From the IMG/VR virus record IMGVR_UViG_3300036715_003906, positions 62,001 to 126,000 of that record: a DNA stretch of 64,000 nucleotides. One strand, 5' to 3'. Below are positions 16,784 to 27,800 of this stretch, in pieces. The position numbers were made by a program, and so were the translations under genes. Positions within the stretch are counted from its first letter, which is position 1. Each line of letters begins with the position of its first letter. The notes below the pieces were generated by a model, which made no database searches, had not been told where the DNA came from, and worked only from the letters and a program-made list of their open reading frames with translations.

Positions 16784-16985
16784 AGCCCCTTGCCCGGAGG
16801 ATGGCCTGGTACTCCTCCGTGTCAGTGAAGACCTTGCGGCCTCCGAGGAGGAGGTAGTACCGGTCCCCCTCGTAGCCGCTGCCCCCGCACCGGATGGGGG
16901 AAACCATCGAGGCCGCGAGCTTCCTCCGGCTCTCAGGGTCCTGGAGCAAGAGGCGGAGGGCGTCGTTCCTTTCGTCGTTCGTCAT
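16764..16985 (-). CDS. 73-aa hypothetical protein with an RRKLAASMVSPIR motif
   Basis: ATGA overlap with the baseplate-J stop, and it fills the gap to the next gene. Confidence 0.55.
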   Translation of the reverse strand: MTNDERNDALRLLLQDPESRRKLAASMVSPIRCGGSGYEGDRYYLLLGGRKVFTDTEEYQAILRARGYGALHR

Positions 16986-19900
16986 GGGCCTAAGCTAGCA
17001 GAGCGGTACGTGATGACGAGACTCCCCAGCTCGACGTACTCGACGTCGGCCGCCGCGATGTCCCGGGGGCCCTTGTCCCCGCGGACCACGTAGCTGACCG
17101 TGTAGACGTGGAGCCCGGGCTCGTCAGGGGGGATGGACGTGGCCACGAGGGAGACCACGACGTGGTTGGCCGTCCGCCGGAGCCGCTCGGCCTGCCGGTC
17201 GGCCGCCGTGGCGAAGCCCAGGGCCGTCAGCGTGGCGTCATCGGAGTACCCGACGATCACGGCCCCACCCGAGCCGATGATGAAGGCTTGCCGCGGAGCC
17301 TGCGCGACCGCCGCCAGGGTGGGGGAGAGGGTGAGGGCCACGTCGTCCTGGAAGACGCCCTTGTGCTCCGTGTCGAGCCCACCCCCGTCCGTCGTGGGGC
17401 TCGTCAGGGGGTTCGACAGGAGAAAGGCGCGCTGACCCCCGATGTCGAGCGAGGAGACGTGGACGCTGGTGGACAGGACCATCTCCCGGATGCGCCGGCC
17501 CCCGTCGGCGTAAGCCATCCGGGCCAGGGGGACGATCTCGTAGTCGACGCCCGACGTCGAGTCGACGGCATTGATCACGTCCGACTGTGCGATCCCCTGG
17601 CCGATGAGCTTCTCGTTCAGCTCGATGCTCACATTCGAGCGCACCAGGGGGTCCGTCCGGTCCTTGGTGGCACCCGAGAGAAGCTGGATCGTGGTCTCGA
17701 TGTCGATGGGGTTGTTGATCGCCTGCTTCACGAGGACGTCGGCCGTCACATGCCGCTGCTTCTCGATGACCTGCTGGACCTCTTGCAAGAGGTCGTTGAT
17801 CACGTAGGTCAGCGTGAAATTCTCATCCTTCGTGTAGTCGACCGACACCGCCTGCCCCGAGGCGATGGCCGAGGGCGCTGTCCGCACGATCTTGATCGGA
17901 GTCGTCGGCGTCCCGGCCACGATGTCGAAGTCGGGGGAGGCATCCTCGGGGCCGTTGAACTCGATGCTCCGGTCGGCGTTGAAGACCCGGATCGTCTTGC
18001 TGTTGATCCCGACGCTGTCGAGGGGTTCCTGGATGAAGCCGATGAGGACGTGGGCCTCGTGGTTCACCTGGATCTGGTTGCCCGACGGGTTACCGCCCGA
18101 CTGGACGATCGAGACGTAGTACCGGGCGATGGTGCTCTCGCCGGTGATGAGCGGGTCATCCGTCTTGTACAGCTTGTAGTTGCCCCCGGCCGCGAGGGGC
18201 CCGGAGACCTCCCCGACCACGCTCACGACCCGGCGGACAGGCTGGAGCGTGGGGTAGAACTTGTCGACCGACCGGAAGCGGTAGTCGGCGAGGACCACGT
18301 CATCGAGGGCCGTCACGGGTTGGGGGATGCTCGCGTCCAGCCGGAAGGTCTGGTAGTCGAGGATCTGGACGTTCGTCAGGTCGTAGTCGAGCCCCTTGCT
18401 GGCGTTGCGAACCCCGAGCCCCTGACCGGGGTTGTTGAGGATCTCCAGCAGCGGCGTCTCCGCGGTCACCCGGGAGTCGAGGACGCGGAAGGTGAGCGTC
18501 CCGAGGTCCACCACCTGGCACGGGATGTCCCGGGCGATCTCGAAGGCGAAGGCGAAGACCTCGGTCACCTGGCGCTCCCGGAGCCCCTGGACGAAGATGT
18601 CGACCTTGCCCCCGATGTGCTTGCCCCGGACATCGTCGTAGTCCCGCATCATGAGCGGGTCCCCGCTCTTGACGATCTTGGCCTTGAGGATGCCCGCCTG
18701 CGCCGCCACCGTCGAGGCGTAGCCGCCCTCGGTTCCGGTATCGACCGACGTGAAGGCGAGGATGCTGCGGGCCGCCAGCTCCGCGTTGGTCTCGATGTTC
18801 GTACCGAAGATCGTGGCCTCCGTGTTCGTCACGAACACGCCCGAGACCCCGCTGATCCCGTGGATGGAGTCGGCCGGCCGGTTGCCCGTCTCCCCGATGG
18901 TCTCGCAGACCACGTCGGCGATGATCTCGTACCGCTTCGTGTCGTAGTTGTAGAACGCCTCGGCCTGCGCGGCCGGGAGCACGTAGGAGCCCCCGATCCG
19001 AAAGCGGACCGACCCTTGGCCATTCGCCGGGTCCGCGTCCGCCGTGACGAAGGACCCGGCCGGAACGACGATGTCCTTCGTCGGCTTCGTGGGCGTGTAG
19101 ACGACCACCTGCCCGACCGCCGCCCGCCCGGGGAGCCGGGGGTGCTGGACGTTGCCCGCCAGCTTGTCGAACTGCTGGTCGATGAGGCTCTGTGTCGCCT
19201 GGTCGCTCGTGTACCCGAGGGCCGCCCGGAGCGCCGTCTTGTAGGCGCTCGACACGACCGGGTCACTCACCCCGTCCCCGTTGGCGTCGTCCACCGCCAG
19301 AAGCGTCAGGAAGGACTGGCTCCGGTGGACGAAGTCCATGAGGAACCACAGCCGCTCCGCCTCGCTCGCGAAGGGGTCGAGGGTGTCCCGGGTCGTCGAG
19401 CCGGGGATGAGGGCCACCGTCTGGTTGACCCGCTGCACCGCCGTGATGTAGTCGATCACGATTTGCAGGAAGGTCCGGCCCGGGAGGTCCCGGATGGTCG
19501 TGTCAAGCACCAGGGGCTGCCCCACGACCTCCTGCGAATAGGGGGTCTCGACCTCCTGCCCGAGCGTGGGGTCGTAGTAGACGCCCGTGACCACGTAGTA
19601 GAGCGGGGACGAGTCATCCACGGTCCCGAACTGGTCCTCATTGATGATGTTCGGCCCGCCCCCGCGGATGTGCCGGAAAGGGACGAACTCGCGGATCTGG
19701 TAGTTGTCGATCGAGGCCGAGAAGCGCACCCGCTCGAAGAACTGGCTGACGTCCACCACGGTATCGAGGCGGCGTGTCAGCTCCGTCCCGAACTCGTCCT
19801 CCTCCGTCACCACGAGGCGCAGGTTCTTGTTCTTGCCGTCCCCCCAGGACACCTCCTCGGGGATCTGCCCGATCACGTCCTCCTCGAAGACCGTGCTCGA

Positions 19901-20443
19901 CGTCGTCACCAGCGCCGCGTTGATCTTGTAGTAGCCCGTCTGCCCCGCGGGCGTGGACGAGGCGTAGAGGTTGAAGCCCCGGAACACCGCCACCTGCATC
20001 GGGGTGCCGAGGACGTCCCGGAGCACCTGGGGCTTGGCCGTGAGGAGGTCGACCGCCCCGCGCCGCCGCCGGAGGCGGATGCCCGAGGGGATCTCCACCC
20101 CGAGCCCGCCATCGAGCGACCGGACCCGCGTGAGGGTCGCCGTGGCCGGCGCCGACACCGCCCCGAGGATGTCGATCACCCGCACCCGGATCGTGTTGAT
20201 CCCGTCCGTGAGGGGCAAGCCCCCGGGGTAGGCCACGGGGCTCGGGAGCGTGAACGATTGCAGGTTGAGGACCCCCAGCGTGGGGTCCGTCACGTAGGCC
20301 CCGTCGTTGATCGAGACCTGGACCGCGGCCGTGTTCACCGCCACGACCCCGGTGAGGACCACGGCCGGTTGGTTGGTCGTGAAGACCAGTTCGGCCACCT
20401 GGCCCGAGCCATCGCGTGCATCGAAAAGGGGTGTAGTCGCCAC
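16982..20443 (-). CDS. Baseplate J-like wedge protein (gpJ/gp6 family), extended, 1153 aa
   Basis: Contains 'LIPGSTTRD', 'AVGQVVVY...VPAGSFV', 'CETIGETGN...I' and 'GTNIETNAELAAR...DTGTEGGY', matching baseplate J motifs. Confidence 0.8.
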   Translation of the reverse strand: MATTPLFDARDGSGQVAELVFTTNQPAVVLTGVVAVNTAAVQVSINDGAYVTDPTLGVLNLQSFTLPSPVAYPGGLPLTDGINTIRVRVIDILGAVSAPATATLTRVRSLDGGLGVEIPSGIRLRRRRGAVDLLTAKPQVLRDVLGTPMQVAVFRGFNLYASSTPAGQTGYYKINAALVTTSSTVFEEDVIGQIPEEVSWGDGKNKNLRLVVTEEDEFGTELTRRLDTVVDVSQFFERVRFSASIDNYQIREFVPFRHIRGGGPNIINEDQFGTVDDSSPLYYVVTGVYYDPTLGQEVETPYSQEVVGQPLVLDTTIRDLPGRTFLQIVIDYITAVQRVNQTVALIPGSTTRDTLDPFASEAERLWFLMDFVHRSQSFLTLLAVDDANGDGVSDPVVSSAYKTALRAALGYTSDQATQSLIDQQFDKLAGNVQHPRLPGRAAVGQVVVYTPTKPTKDIVVPAGSFVTADADPANGQGSVRFRIGGSYVLPAAQAEAFYNYDTKRYEIIADVVCETIGETGNRPADSIHGISGVSGVFVTNTEATIFGTNIETNAELAARSILAFTSVDTGTEGGYASTVAAQAGILKAKIVKSGDPLMMRDYDDVRGKHIGGKVDIFVQGLRERQVTEVFAFAFEIARDIPCQVVDLGTLTFRVLDSRVTAETPLLEILNNPGQGLGVRNASKGLDYDLTNVQILDYQTFRLDASIPQPVTALDDVVLADYRFRSVDKFYPTLQPVRRVVSVVGEVSGPLAAGGNYKLYKTDDPLITGESTIARYYVSIVQSGGNPSGNQIQVNHEAHVLIGFIQEPLDSVGINSKTIRVFNADRSIEFNGPEDASPDFDIVAGTPTTPIKIVRTAPSAIASGQAVSVDYTKDENFTLTYVINDLLQEVQQVIEKQRHVTADVLVKQAINNPIDIETTIQLLSGATKDRTDPLVRSNVSIELNEKLIGQGIAQSDVINAVDSTSGVDYEIVPLARMAYADGGRRIREMVLSTSVHVSSLDIGGQRAFLLSNPLTSPTTDGGGLDTEHKGVFQDDVALTLSPTLAAVAQAPRQAFIIGSGGAVIVGYSDDATLTALGFATAADRQAERLRRTANHVVVSLVATSIPPDEPGLHVYTVSYVVRGDKGPRDIAAADVEYVELGSLVITYRSASLGP

Positions 20444-20444
20444 G

Positions 20445-21581
20445 TTATCCCACCTGCGTGTACTGGCTGAGGCTCTGCCGGATGATGCCCTGGTTCTGGG
20501 TCGAGCCGAGGAGGTTCATCGGCTCGGGGACCCGGATACCCCGCTCCAGCACGATGGGGTCAAAGGAACGATTCTGGAGGGTGATCGAGACCGTGAGGAT
20601 GGTGGGGTCCTGCTGGCTTGGGACCAGGTCCACGTCCAGAAGCCGGAAGGGGTACTCCCGATCGCTGACGGGTTGCCCCACCACCTGCTCCTGACGCTGC
20701 TTGATCGACTGCCACTTGCGGAAAGCGTCCGCGACGTCCGTGGCGATGAGGTTCTGCAAAAAGCCCCCGGCCGCCTGCTTCTTCCCGATCGATTCGAGGA
20801 GGCTCGTCCCGTACCCCGTGTGGAAAGGGTTGCTCCCCTTGAGGGTGTAGATGATCTTCTGCACCTCCTGGATCAAGAGGGCCTCGTCCACGACGGAGAT
20901 CACCTCGCCGGTCGCCCCGTAGCGCCAGTCGTACTCGACGCCCACGCCCCCGCACCGCCGGCACTCCTGCTGGACCGTCGTGTACGTCACCTCGACGTAG
21001 TCCCCCGCCGAGGGCAGGGGGTCGTCGAACACGATGAGGCGGGTCGGCCGGTCGCTCAGGGTGGCCTGGTCCCGCACGAGCGTCCACGGGGGCACCCGAT
21101 CCACCCCCCGCACCTCCCGGTCCACCGGAAGGCCCAGGCTCAGCCCGAGTGGGGAGGGGCTGAGCAGGCGCAGGGACGAGCCCCGGCCCCCCGTGTCCGT
21201 CCGCATCCCGATCCGCCGGTCCTGGACGAAGAACTGGGCCCCCCGCGCCTGCCGGCTGAGGACCGCCGCCAGATGGTCCGCCCCGAGGCGCTCCCCGGGG
21301 GTGACCGACAGGGTCTGCACCTCACCCTGATTTACCCTGAGGCGCAGGGTCTGGCTCCCCGCCGCCACCGTGTAGTTGCCGGGCTTCCGCGCCACCACGG
21401 AGGCAGGCAGCAGGACCCCAGGGCTCGGGCAGTCGATCGCCCCGTCCATCCTCACCACGAGGCCCACCGACGACGCGATGGGCCGCAGGGGCCGGATGGT
21501 GCGCCGGTCGTTCCCGAGGAGCAGGGCTTCCTCGACCACGGTGTGCGGGCAGATCTGGTCGATCTTGCGGTCGTAGCTCAC
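20445..21581 (-). CDS. Baseplate protein with C-terminal gp25/GPW-like domain, 378 aa
   Basis: True start at GTG 21581 (GTGA overlap). C-terminal LIQEVQKIIYTLKGSNPFHTGYGTSL is the gp25 signature. The upstream part of track ORF 20445..23813 is a shadow frame. Confidence 0.75.
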   Translation of the reverse strand: MSYDRKIDQICPHTVVEEALLLGNDRRTIRPLRPIASSVGLVVRMDGAIDCPSPGVLLPASVVARKPGNYTVAAGSQTLRLRVNQGEVQTLSVTPGERLGADHLAAVLSRQARGAQFFVQDRRIGMRTDTGGRGSSLRLLSPSPLGLSLGLPVDREVRGVDRVPPWTLVRDQATLSDRPTRLIVFDDPLPSAGDYVEVTYTTVQQECRRCGGVGVEYDWRYGATGEVISVVDEALLIQEVQKIIYTLKGSNPFHTGYGTSLLESIGKKQAAGGFLQNLIATDVADAFRKWQSIKQRQEQVVGQPVSDREYPFRLLDVDLVPSQQDPTILTVSITLQNRSFDPIVLERGIRVPEPMNLLGSTQNQGIIRQSLSQYTQVG

Positions 21582-22324
21582 GAGCCTCCCTCCCCGGGTT
21601 TGACGACGCCGCGGTCGCCAGAGTCCTTGCCGTAGACCGTCGCCGGGGACCGGTTCGGCCCCACGGAGTAGGGGGACAGCGGCGCCCCCGTCAGCTTGCC
21701 AAAGGGGTCCGTCCCCTTGTCGTCGTAGGCCGGTCGGTAGGTCGGGTCGTCCACGAGAGCCGAGAGCTGCGCGAGGATGTTCTCCAGCGAGTTCTCCAGG
21801 TCCACGCCCGCCGCCTTGAGGGCCAGGGTGACCTGCTCCTGCTGGAGCTGCTCCCCGTAGTCGATGAGCCGGCGGATCTTCCGCTCCAGGTACTCCCGGC
21901 GCGCGTAAAGGACGTCGTCCATCCAGGCCCGCAGGGGGACCATCAGCTCCGCCGTCCCACGGTCCCCGAGCCCGGGCGTCCCCATGATCTCCCCGTTCGA
22001 CAGGAGCTGGGCCGGCGTGGTCTCGTCCGCCCGGAGCAGGAAGACCGCCTGGCTCGCCGATCGGATGTTCAGGTCGTAGAAGGCGTCGCCCCCGAGGATC
22101 TCGTAGGCCGCCAGGAGCCGCCCGAGCTGCGAGTCCGAAGGCTGCGGGGAGTAAGCGAGGGGCCGGCCAGCCGCGTCGTAGGAGAACACGAGCACCCCCA
22201 GCCGGTCCTGCTCGGCCGCCAGGTGGTTGATCCGGGGCCCGATGTCCGTCACCTGCGCCCGCGACCAGGCCACCAGCCGATCGAGCTGGCTCCGGTTGAA
22301 CGTGCCCAGAAAATCGAAGCTCAT
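21578..22324 (-). CDS. Hypothetical baseplate-cluster protein, 248 aa
   Basis: Typical codon bias, helical/coiled-coil C-terminal half, operonic. Confidence 0.75.
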   Translation of the reverse strand: MSFDFLGTFNRSQLDRLVAWSRAQVTDIGPRINHLAAEQDRLGVLVFSYDAAGRPLAYSPQPSDSQLGRLLAAYEILGGDAFYDLNIRSASQAVFLLRADETTPAQLLSNGEIMGTPGLGDRGTAELMVPLRAWMDDVLYARREYLERKIRRLIDYGEQLQQEQVTLALKAAGVDLENSLENILAQLSALVDDPTYRPAYDDKGTDPFGKLTGAPLSPYSVGPNRSPATVYGKDSGDRGVVKPGEGGS

Positions 22325-22348
22325 CTCGGATCACCTGAGCGGCAAAAT

Positions 22349-22364
22349 CGCCCTGCCCAGGGCG
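22349..22364 (-). terminator. Weak hairpin followed by ATTTT (possible terminator/attenuator)
   Basis: Intergenic CGCCCTG-GG-CAGGGCG then ATTTT on the minus strand. Confidence 0.3.
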
Positions 22365-22378
22365 GGGGTATCGAAGGA

Positions 22379-24679
22379 CTAGAAGATCAGCCCGAAGGCC
22401 GCCTCGAAGGCCGCGACGTCCACCGCCAGGTACGCAAAGGCCACCCCGGCCGTGTACCCCCCGGGCCCCGAGGGGGGAGGGTTCTGGGCATTGTCGATGG
22501 CCTCGGTCCACTGGCCCACGTCCCCGCCCATCGTCCCCGAGTTGAGGAAGTAGAAGCCCGCGTTCAGGCTCTCGATGTAGTTGAGGATCTCGATGAGGAA
22601 CTGGAGGAAGCGCTCCAGGGTGTCGATCTTGCGCAGGATGAGGTCGATGAACGCCTTGACCTCGTCCGTCAGGCCCTTGAACGCATCGAGCAGCGCCTGG
22701 ATCTTGGCCAGCAGGTCGTACAGAAACTGGCCCGACCAGGGGATCATGTCCCTCAAGATCGCAATCTGCTGCCAGTTGGGGGGAATCCCCTGGCCGTTGA
22801 CGTTCAGGATGAAGTTGACGGCCGCGAGGATGTTTCGCCTCACCGCCGCGTCGTTGAAGGCCGACCCGAAGGTCTTGCGCGTGGCATCCGTGACCGTGCC
22901 CGCTCGAAAAGCCGTCGTCTCGAACACGACCGACGCCGCCGACCCCACCACCCCCTGCTCGACCGTGACATCCGACAGGGCCCTGACCATCTTCTCCAGG
23001 GTGTTCGCCCCGGCCAGGGTGGAACCCGCGAGGCTCGCCGCAGGCACCGGGGTCACGGGCAAGGGCCCCTGCATGAGCTGCCGGAAGTCCTCGGGCAGAT
23101 GCCCGTCCAGCTCCAGAAAGAGGGAGCCGAACTTGTTGGTCAGGCGCGCGGCGTGGAACCGCACCGACTTCTGCTGGAAGGGCAGCAGCGGCGCCTCGCC
23201 CGTCGCCGGGTTGATCGGCACGGAGACGATGACGTTCAGAAAGGAGTCGGGGAGGAACTTCTGGCTCACCGGCCCCGCCAGGTCCGCCAGGGTCCCCCGC
23301 CCGATGTCCGCCACCGGGTCGAGCGGCGGGAGGGGTGCCCCGTCCGGGCCGTAGAGGGGCTTCGTGAGCGGGTTGCCGTCCGGGCCAAGGACCGGGTTGC
23401 CCTGGCCGTCGAGAACCGGGTCGGGCTGCGGCAAGCCGAGATGGAAGTTCAGGGAGAGGGCGACGAGAAAAACCCGGCGGATGATGTCGAAGGTGTCGAA
23501 GTTCGCGGGCAAGGTGGGCACCCGGCCCTGCACGATCCCCGAGGTCCGACCCATCACGACCACGTTCGAGGGGTCCTTGGCCCTCCAGATGAAGCGGTAC
23601 TCCCCACCGTCGTTCATGTTCTGAACGATCTGGCTGGGCTGGTAGGTGAGGAGCCCCGACTCGGGACCCTCGAAGGGCAGGACGCCGCTGAAGGCACGGA
23701 CCCGGTAGTAGTAGGTCTTGTCCTTCTCGACCGAGACGTCGAGGAAACGGAACGTGCCGAGCTGCCCGGTAAAGAAGGTCGCCGGGTTCGAGGCCGCCGA
23801 CACGATGGCCCACGCCTGGAACTTGAAGAAGGGCGCCCCGTCCTCATCCCGGACCCGGACCTTGCGCGACACCTGCTTTCCGGTCCGAAAGTCGACCGAG
23901 CGGGTGTTCACGATCTTGGTCACGTAGCCGGCCGCCGCCGGGTTACCGAGGTCGGTGTCCGTGACCTCGTTCGTGAGCGGCACCTCCGACCTCTCGATGA
24001 ACCACTTGGGCGGGAAGAACTCCTGGCTCACCTGGGCCACGAGGCCCGTGAAGGCGCTGTCAGAGGCCGGGACCTGGCTCGGCAACGCCCACTCCAGCGC
24101 CAGGGCTGTGGGGGGCGTGCTGAACACGCTGGCCACCGACAGGAGAGGGTCCCCCTTGCTGCCCACCGGCACGACACGCACGTTCGCCGGAGCCCCGAAC
24201 TGCGGCTTCAAGAAGTCCTGCCCGAAGAACTTGAGCAGGGTCTTGACGAGGGCCAGGAGCGCCAGGGGCCCCTGGGCGTCCGCCACGATGAGCAGGTAAC
24301 CCCCCTTGAGGGCGCCCCCGAGGGGCTGCGGACGGTTCAGGTCCTGGGCATCGTAGAGCGACTGCTTGAACCGGCGTGCGAACCCCTGGTAGCCCCCCAC
24401 CACCTTGCCGAAGTTGGGGTCCGACACCGGGTCCGGGATGTCGTAGTAGGCGTAGACCCCCGTCCGCTTGAGGGCCGTGATCAGGGTCACGATGAGCCCG
24501 AGGAGCGCCTCGACCAGCGCGCGGACCGGGTTGCCGAAGTCGATGAGGACGGCCTTGATCGTTTCGAGGACCGCCTTGACGATCTCCAGGTAAATCAGGA
24601 GGGTTTCGAGGACATTCCTCGCCGACTCGAGGTAATCTTTGCCCGGAATCGTGATCGCGAGCGGCTCCCACTGTGCCAT
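22379..24679 (-). CDS. Hypothetical baseplate-cluster protein, 766 aa (helical ends, FN3-like middle)
   Basis: Long biased ORF. 'FLDVSVEKDKTYYYRVRAF' is an FN3-like strand motif. Amphipathic N- and C-terminal helices. Confidence 0.8.
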   Translation of the reverse strand: MAQWEPLAITIPGKDYLESARNVLETLLIYLEIVKAVLETIKAVLIDFGNPVRALVEALLGLIVTLITALKRTGVYAYYDIPDPVSDPNFGKVVGGYQGFARRFKQSLYDAQDLNRPQPLGGALKGGYLLIVADAQGPLALLALVKTLLKFFGQDFLKPQFGAPANVRVVPVGSKGDPLLSVASVFSTPPTALALEWALPSQVPASDSAFTGLVAQVSQEFFPPKWFIERSEVPLTNEVTDTDLGNPAAAGYVTKIVNTRSVDFRTGKQVSRKVRVRDEDGAPFFKFQAWAIVSAASNPATFFTGQLGTFRFLDVSVEKDKTYYYRVRAFSGVLPFEGPESGLLTYQPSQIVQNMNDGGEYRFIWRAKDPSNVVVMGRTSGIVQGRVPTLPANFDTFDIIRRVFLVALSLNFHLGLPQPDPVLDGQGNPVLGPDGNPLTKPLYGPDGAPLPPLDPVADIGRGTLADLAGPVSQKFLPDSFLNVIVSVPINPATGEAPLLPFQQKSVRFHAARLTNKFGSLFLELDGHLPEDFRQLMQGPLPVTPVPAASLAGSTLAGANTLEKMVRALSDVTVEQGVVGSAASVVFETTAFRAGTVTDATRKTFGSAFNDAAVRRNILAAVNFILNVNGQGIPPNWQQIAILRDMIPWSGQFLYDLLAKIQALLDAFKGLTDEVKAFIDLILRKIDTLERFLQFLIEILNYIESLNAGFYFLNSGTMGGDVGQWTEAIDNAQNPPPSGPGGYTAGVAFAYLAVDVAAFEAAFGLIF

Positions 24680-24846
24680 CAGCCACCCCGCTGGAGCTTT
24701 TCCAGCTTCCGCCGCAAGACCGCCAGCTCCGTCTCCGTCACCTTCTCCGTGAGCTGGATGATCTCCTTGAGCCGCCGGTTGATCCCCATCTCCGTCCGGT
24801 ACTCCCAGCCCGGGGTGGGCTCAGGGTCCTTGGTCTCCTCGCTCAT
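24679..24846 (-). CDS. 55-aa hypothetical protein (MSEETKDPEP...)
   Basis: Start re-called at ATG 24846 (ATGA overlap, GGAG RBS). Its stop overlaps the next ATG. Confidence 0.6.
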   Translation of the reverse strand: MSEETKDPEPTPGWEYRTEMGINRRLKEIIQLTEKVTETELAVLRRKLEKLQRGG

Positions 24847-27800
24847 GGCGCTCCTTTCACGGACGCGAGCTGCACAAGCTGGGCGACGAGCTTGGCCTCC
24901 GCATCCACCCTGCGAGCCTGGGCCCGACCGATCTTGTACAGCGTACCATCCTCCCCATCCACCCGGGCCCGAATCCACGAAAAGCGCTTGGCGTAGAGCT
25001 TGTCCTGGCTGACCAGCGCGAGCCCCAGGATCGCCCCCGGGCCCGCCACCGGGTCCGCGAGGAGCGCCTGCCGTGCCGTGACCTCGGCCTGGCGGGCGGA
25101 CACCTGAGCCGCCATGAGCCCGGTGGCGAAGATGGCCGCGTCAGGGGGCGTGACGGACACCGGCACCGTGGCCATCTGCCCGATCCAGGCCGACACCAGG
25201 GCTGCCTCATCGGTCGCCTGACCCTCCGCCGCCACCAGGGCCGCCAAGGTCGCCGCCGAGACGCCGAAGGCCGTCTCCACCCGGTAAGCCACCGCGCCCG
25301 CCGAGGGGAACGGGGTCGCCAGAGTGAGGACCGTCGAGGTGACCGTGGCCACCTTGTAGACGCCCCGGCTCGGGCCCGCCGCGACCTCGACGTAGGCCGC
25401 CGTCGTCACGCCCGCAGCCACGAAGTCCTGTCCGCCGTCCGTGAGCGTCAAGCCGTACGCCGCCCCGTTCCCCGAGGCGAGGAGGGTGCAGACGCCATCC
25501 TGCCCGTCGAGCGTGTCCCCGTGGAGGAACCGGTCGATCGCGAGGGCCTGGCTGTCGACCACGGCCGACAGGTGATGGTCGTTGGTCGTGAGCACGCGGA
25601 CCTGCTGAGCCGCCTCCGCCGTGGGGAGCAAGGACCAGGTGCCGGTCATCTTCTGCACCCGGTACGTGCCCCCGGCGAGGCTCCCCATCGGGGCGTCGAG
25701 GAGGAGCTGCGTCGAGGACAGCCGCGAGACCACCTGGCGCCTCTTCCCCGCGTTGAGCCCCGACGTCATGACCACCGTCATCCCCGCCGTGATCAAGCCC
25801 GAGAGGCCCGCATCCGAGAGGACCGTGAGCGAGGGGAAGGAGGCCGTACCCACCGCCACATCACCCCCCGTGGTCACGACCGCCTGCCCCGTGGTCGACG
25901 GGAAGGGGAAGGCCGTGTCGACGGACCCCAGGTTGGGGCCCACCACGGCGTTCAGCCGCCGCCAGCCGGCCCCCGCGTTGGGGCCCGTGACGAAGCGCAC
26001 CAGGTCATAGACCTCGGGCAAGGAGGGCCAGAAGGGGGCCGCCGTCAGGTTCTTGCCCGTGGCGTCCACCGTCAGGGACGAGACCACGACCGGCGTTGCC
26101 GCCCCCCCGAGCGCCGCAAGGAGGGCCGCCTCCGCCGCGAGGGCCTGGGCCTCCTGCTCGACTACTGGGCCCACCAGGGGCAAGCCCGTGTCCCCCGTGT
26201 CCGTCGTGGTCCCGCCATCGAGGGCCGGGAAGCGGAAGGGGGTGGTGCGCGTCGAGGTGATGCCCGCCCCGTCCATCTGGAGCTGCTCCCCGCTCGCCGG
26301 AGCCTGGATGTTGAGCGCCGCCGGGATGAGGGGCACCGACCCGTCAAAGGGGAAGTAGGGGGCGACGTAGGTGAGGTGGCCCGCGTCTCCGTCGAGGCCC
26401 ACATCCGTCCCGAGGCGGTAACTCTTGGCGTAGCTCGTGTCCGCCGAGGAGCCGGTCGTGCAAAGCACCACGGTCGAGCCCTCGGGGACCGGGACGGGGA
26501 GCGCACTCACTCCGATCCGCTCCGGGGACCCGAGAACCGACGCCACCGTGAGCGGCGTCCCGTCCCCGATGATCGCGGTCCCGTCGGGGGCCACCACGAT
26601 GACGGTCATGCCCGCCGCGAAGGCCGGCCGAAGGGGCACGGCTTGCCCCTGGGCGTTGTCGAGGAGAAGGACCGTGCTCCCGGCCGGCGTCGTGGCGCTC
26701 ACCCGGGCCCGAGGCCAGCGCCGGTAGACCACCGGCGGGGGGCCGCTGATGCCCTCCTCTGCGAAGTCGAGGATCGGGTCCCCCGTACTCGCCCCCGTGT
26801 CGCTCCCCGCCGTGGTCCGCCCGAACAGCGTGGCCCGGCGAGTCGGATAGAGCCGCGAGAGCGTGGACGGCTGCCAGAGGGGCACATTCGTCCCGAGGAA
26901 GGTCACCACGGGGGGCGCGGGTGGGTTCCACACCACGGTCGTCGGGTAGGGCGAGATCTGGACCAGGTCGTCGATGTCGTTGGTGATGTCGGCGTTGGTG
27001 AGCCGGACCGGGTTGCCCACCTGCCCATCGAAGCGGAAACGCCCGTCGGTCGCCCCCACCACGCGGCCGTCGAGGCTCTGCCAGGCGTCTTCGAGGTGAT
27101 CGATGGCGTCGTGGAAGAAGGACAGGAGCGCCCGGGCGACGTAGTCGACGTTCGCGATGTGCCCCTCGTCGTAGAACAGGGACGGGCTCCCCTGCTGGTA
27201 GAGCCGGGGGCTCGCTGCATGGCTCGTCACCGGCCCCGCCGTCGGCGCCTGGGCGAGCGCCGCCGCCTGGATCTCGTCCGTGACCTCCCCCCGGAAATTC
27301 GTCAGGGTCTCGACCCGGAAGAAGAAGGTGTCGGGGCTCGCCACCGTGGTGTCCGCCCGGAGCTTCTGCCCGAGGAGTCCGTTGTCCGCCGAGGGGGCGA
27401 TGGTTGCCGTGTAGCTCGCCTTGACCCGCACCCCCGCCGCAAGGAGCCGGTAGCCCACGTAGAAGAGCCCGATCATCTCCCCGGGGCCGAGCGCGTCCGC
27501 CTTGAGCGTCCCCGCTTCCGACAGGTCCGTCGTCAGGACGACCCCGGGCTGCCCCTCCGTCCGCCGGAAGGCCACGTAGCCCTCGGACACGACCGGTTGC
27601 CGCCGCGTCTGGAAGCTCGTCTGTCCCTCCTCGGCGATGGGCCGGCGCGAGACCCGGAGGAAGGTCTGCCCGGGCCGCGCCTCCCGGACCAGGGGCTGCG
27701 CCAGGGTCACCTGGGTCACCCCCGTGCCCGCGTCGTAGCTCGACCCCGTCACCGCGTAGAAGTCCTGCGGAACCCCGGCCACCGCGGCGAGGTAGACGAC

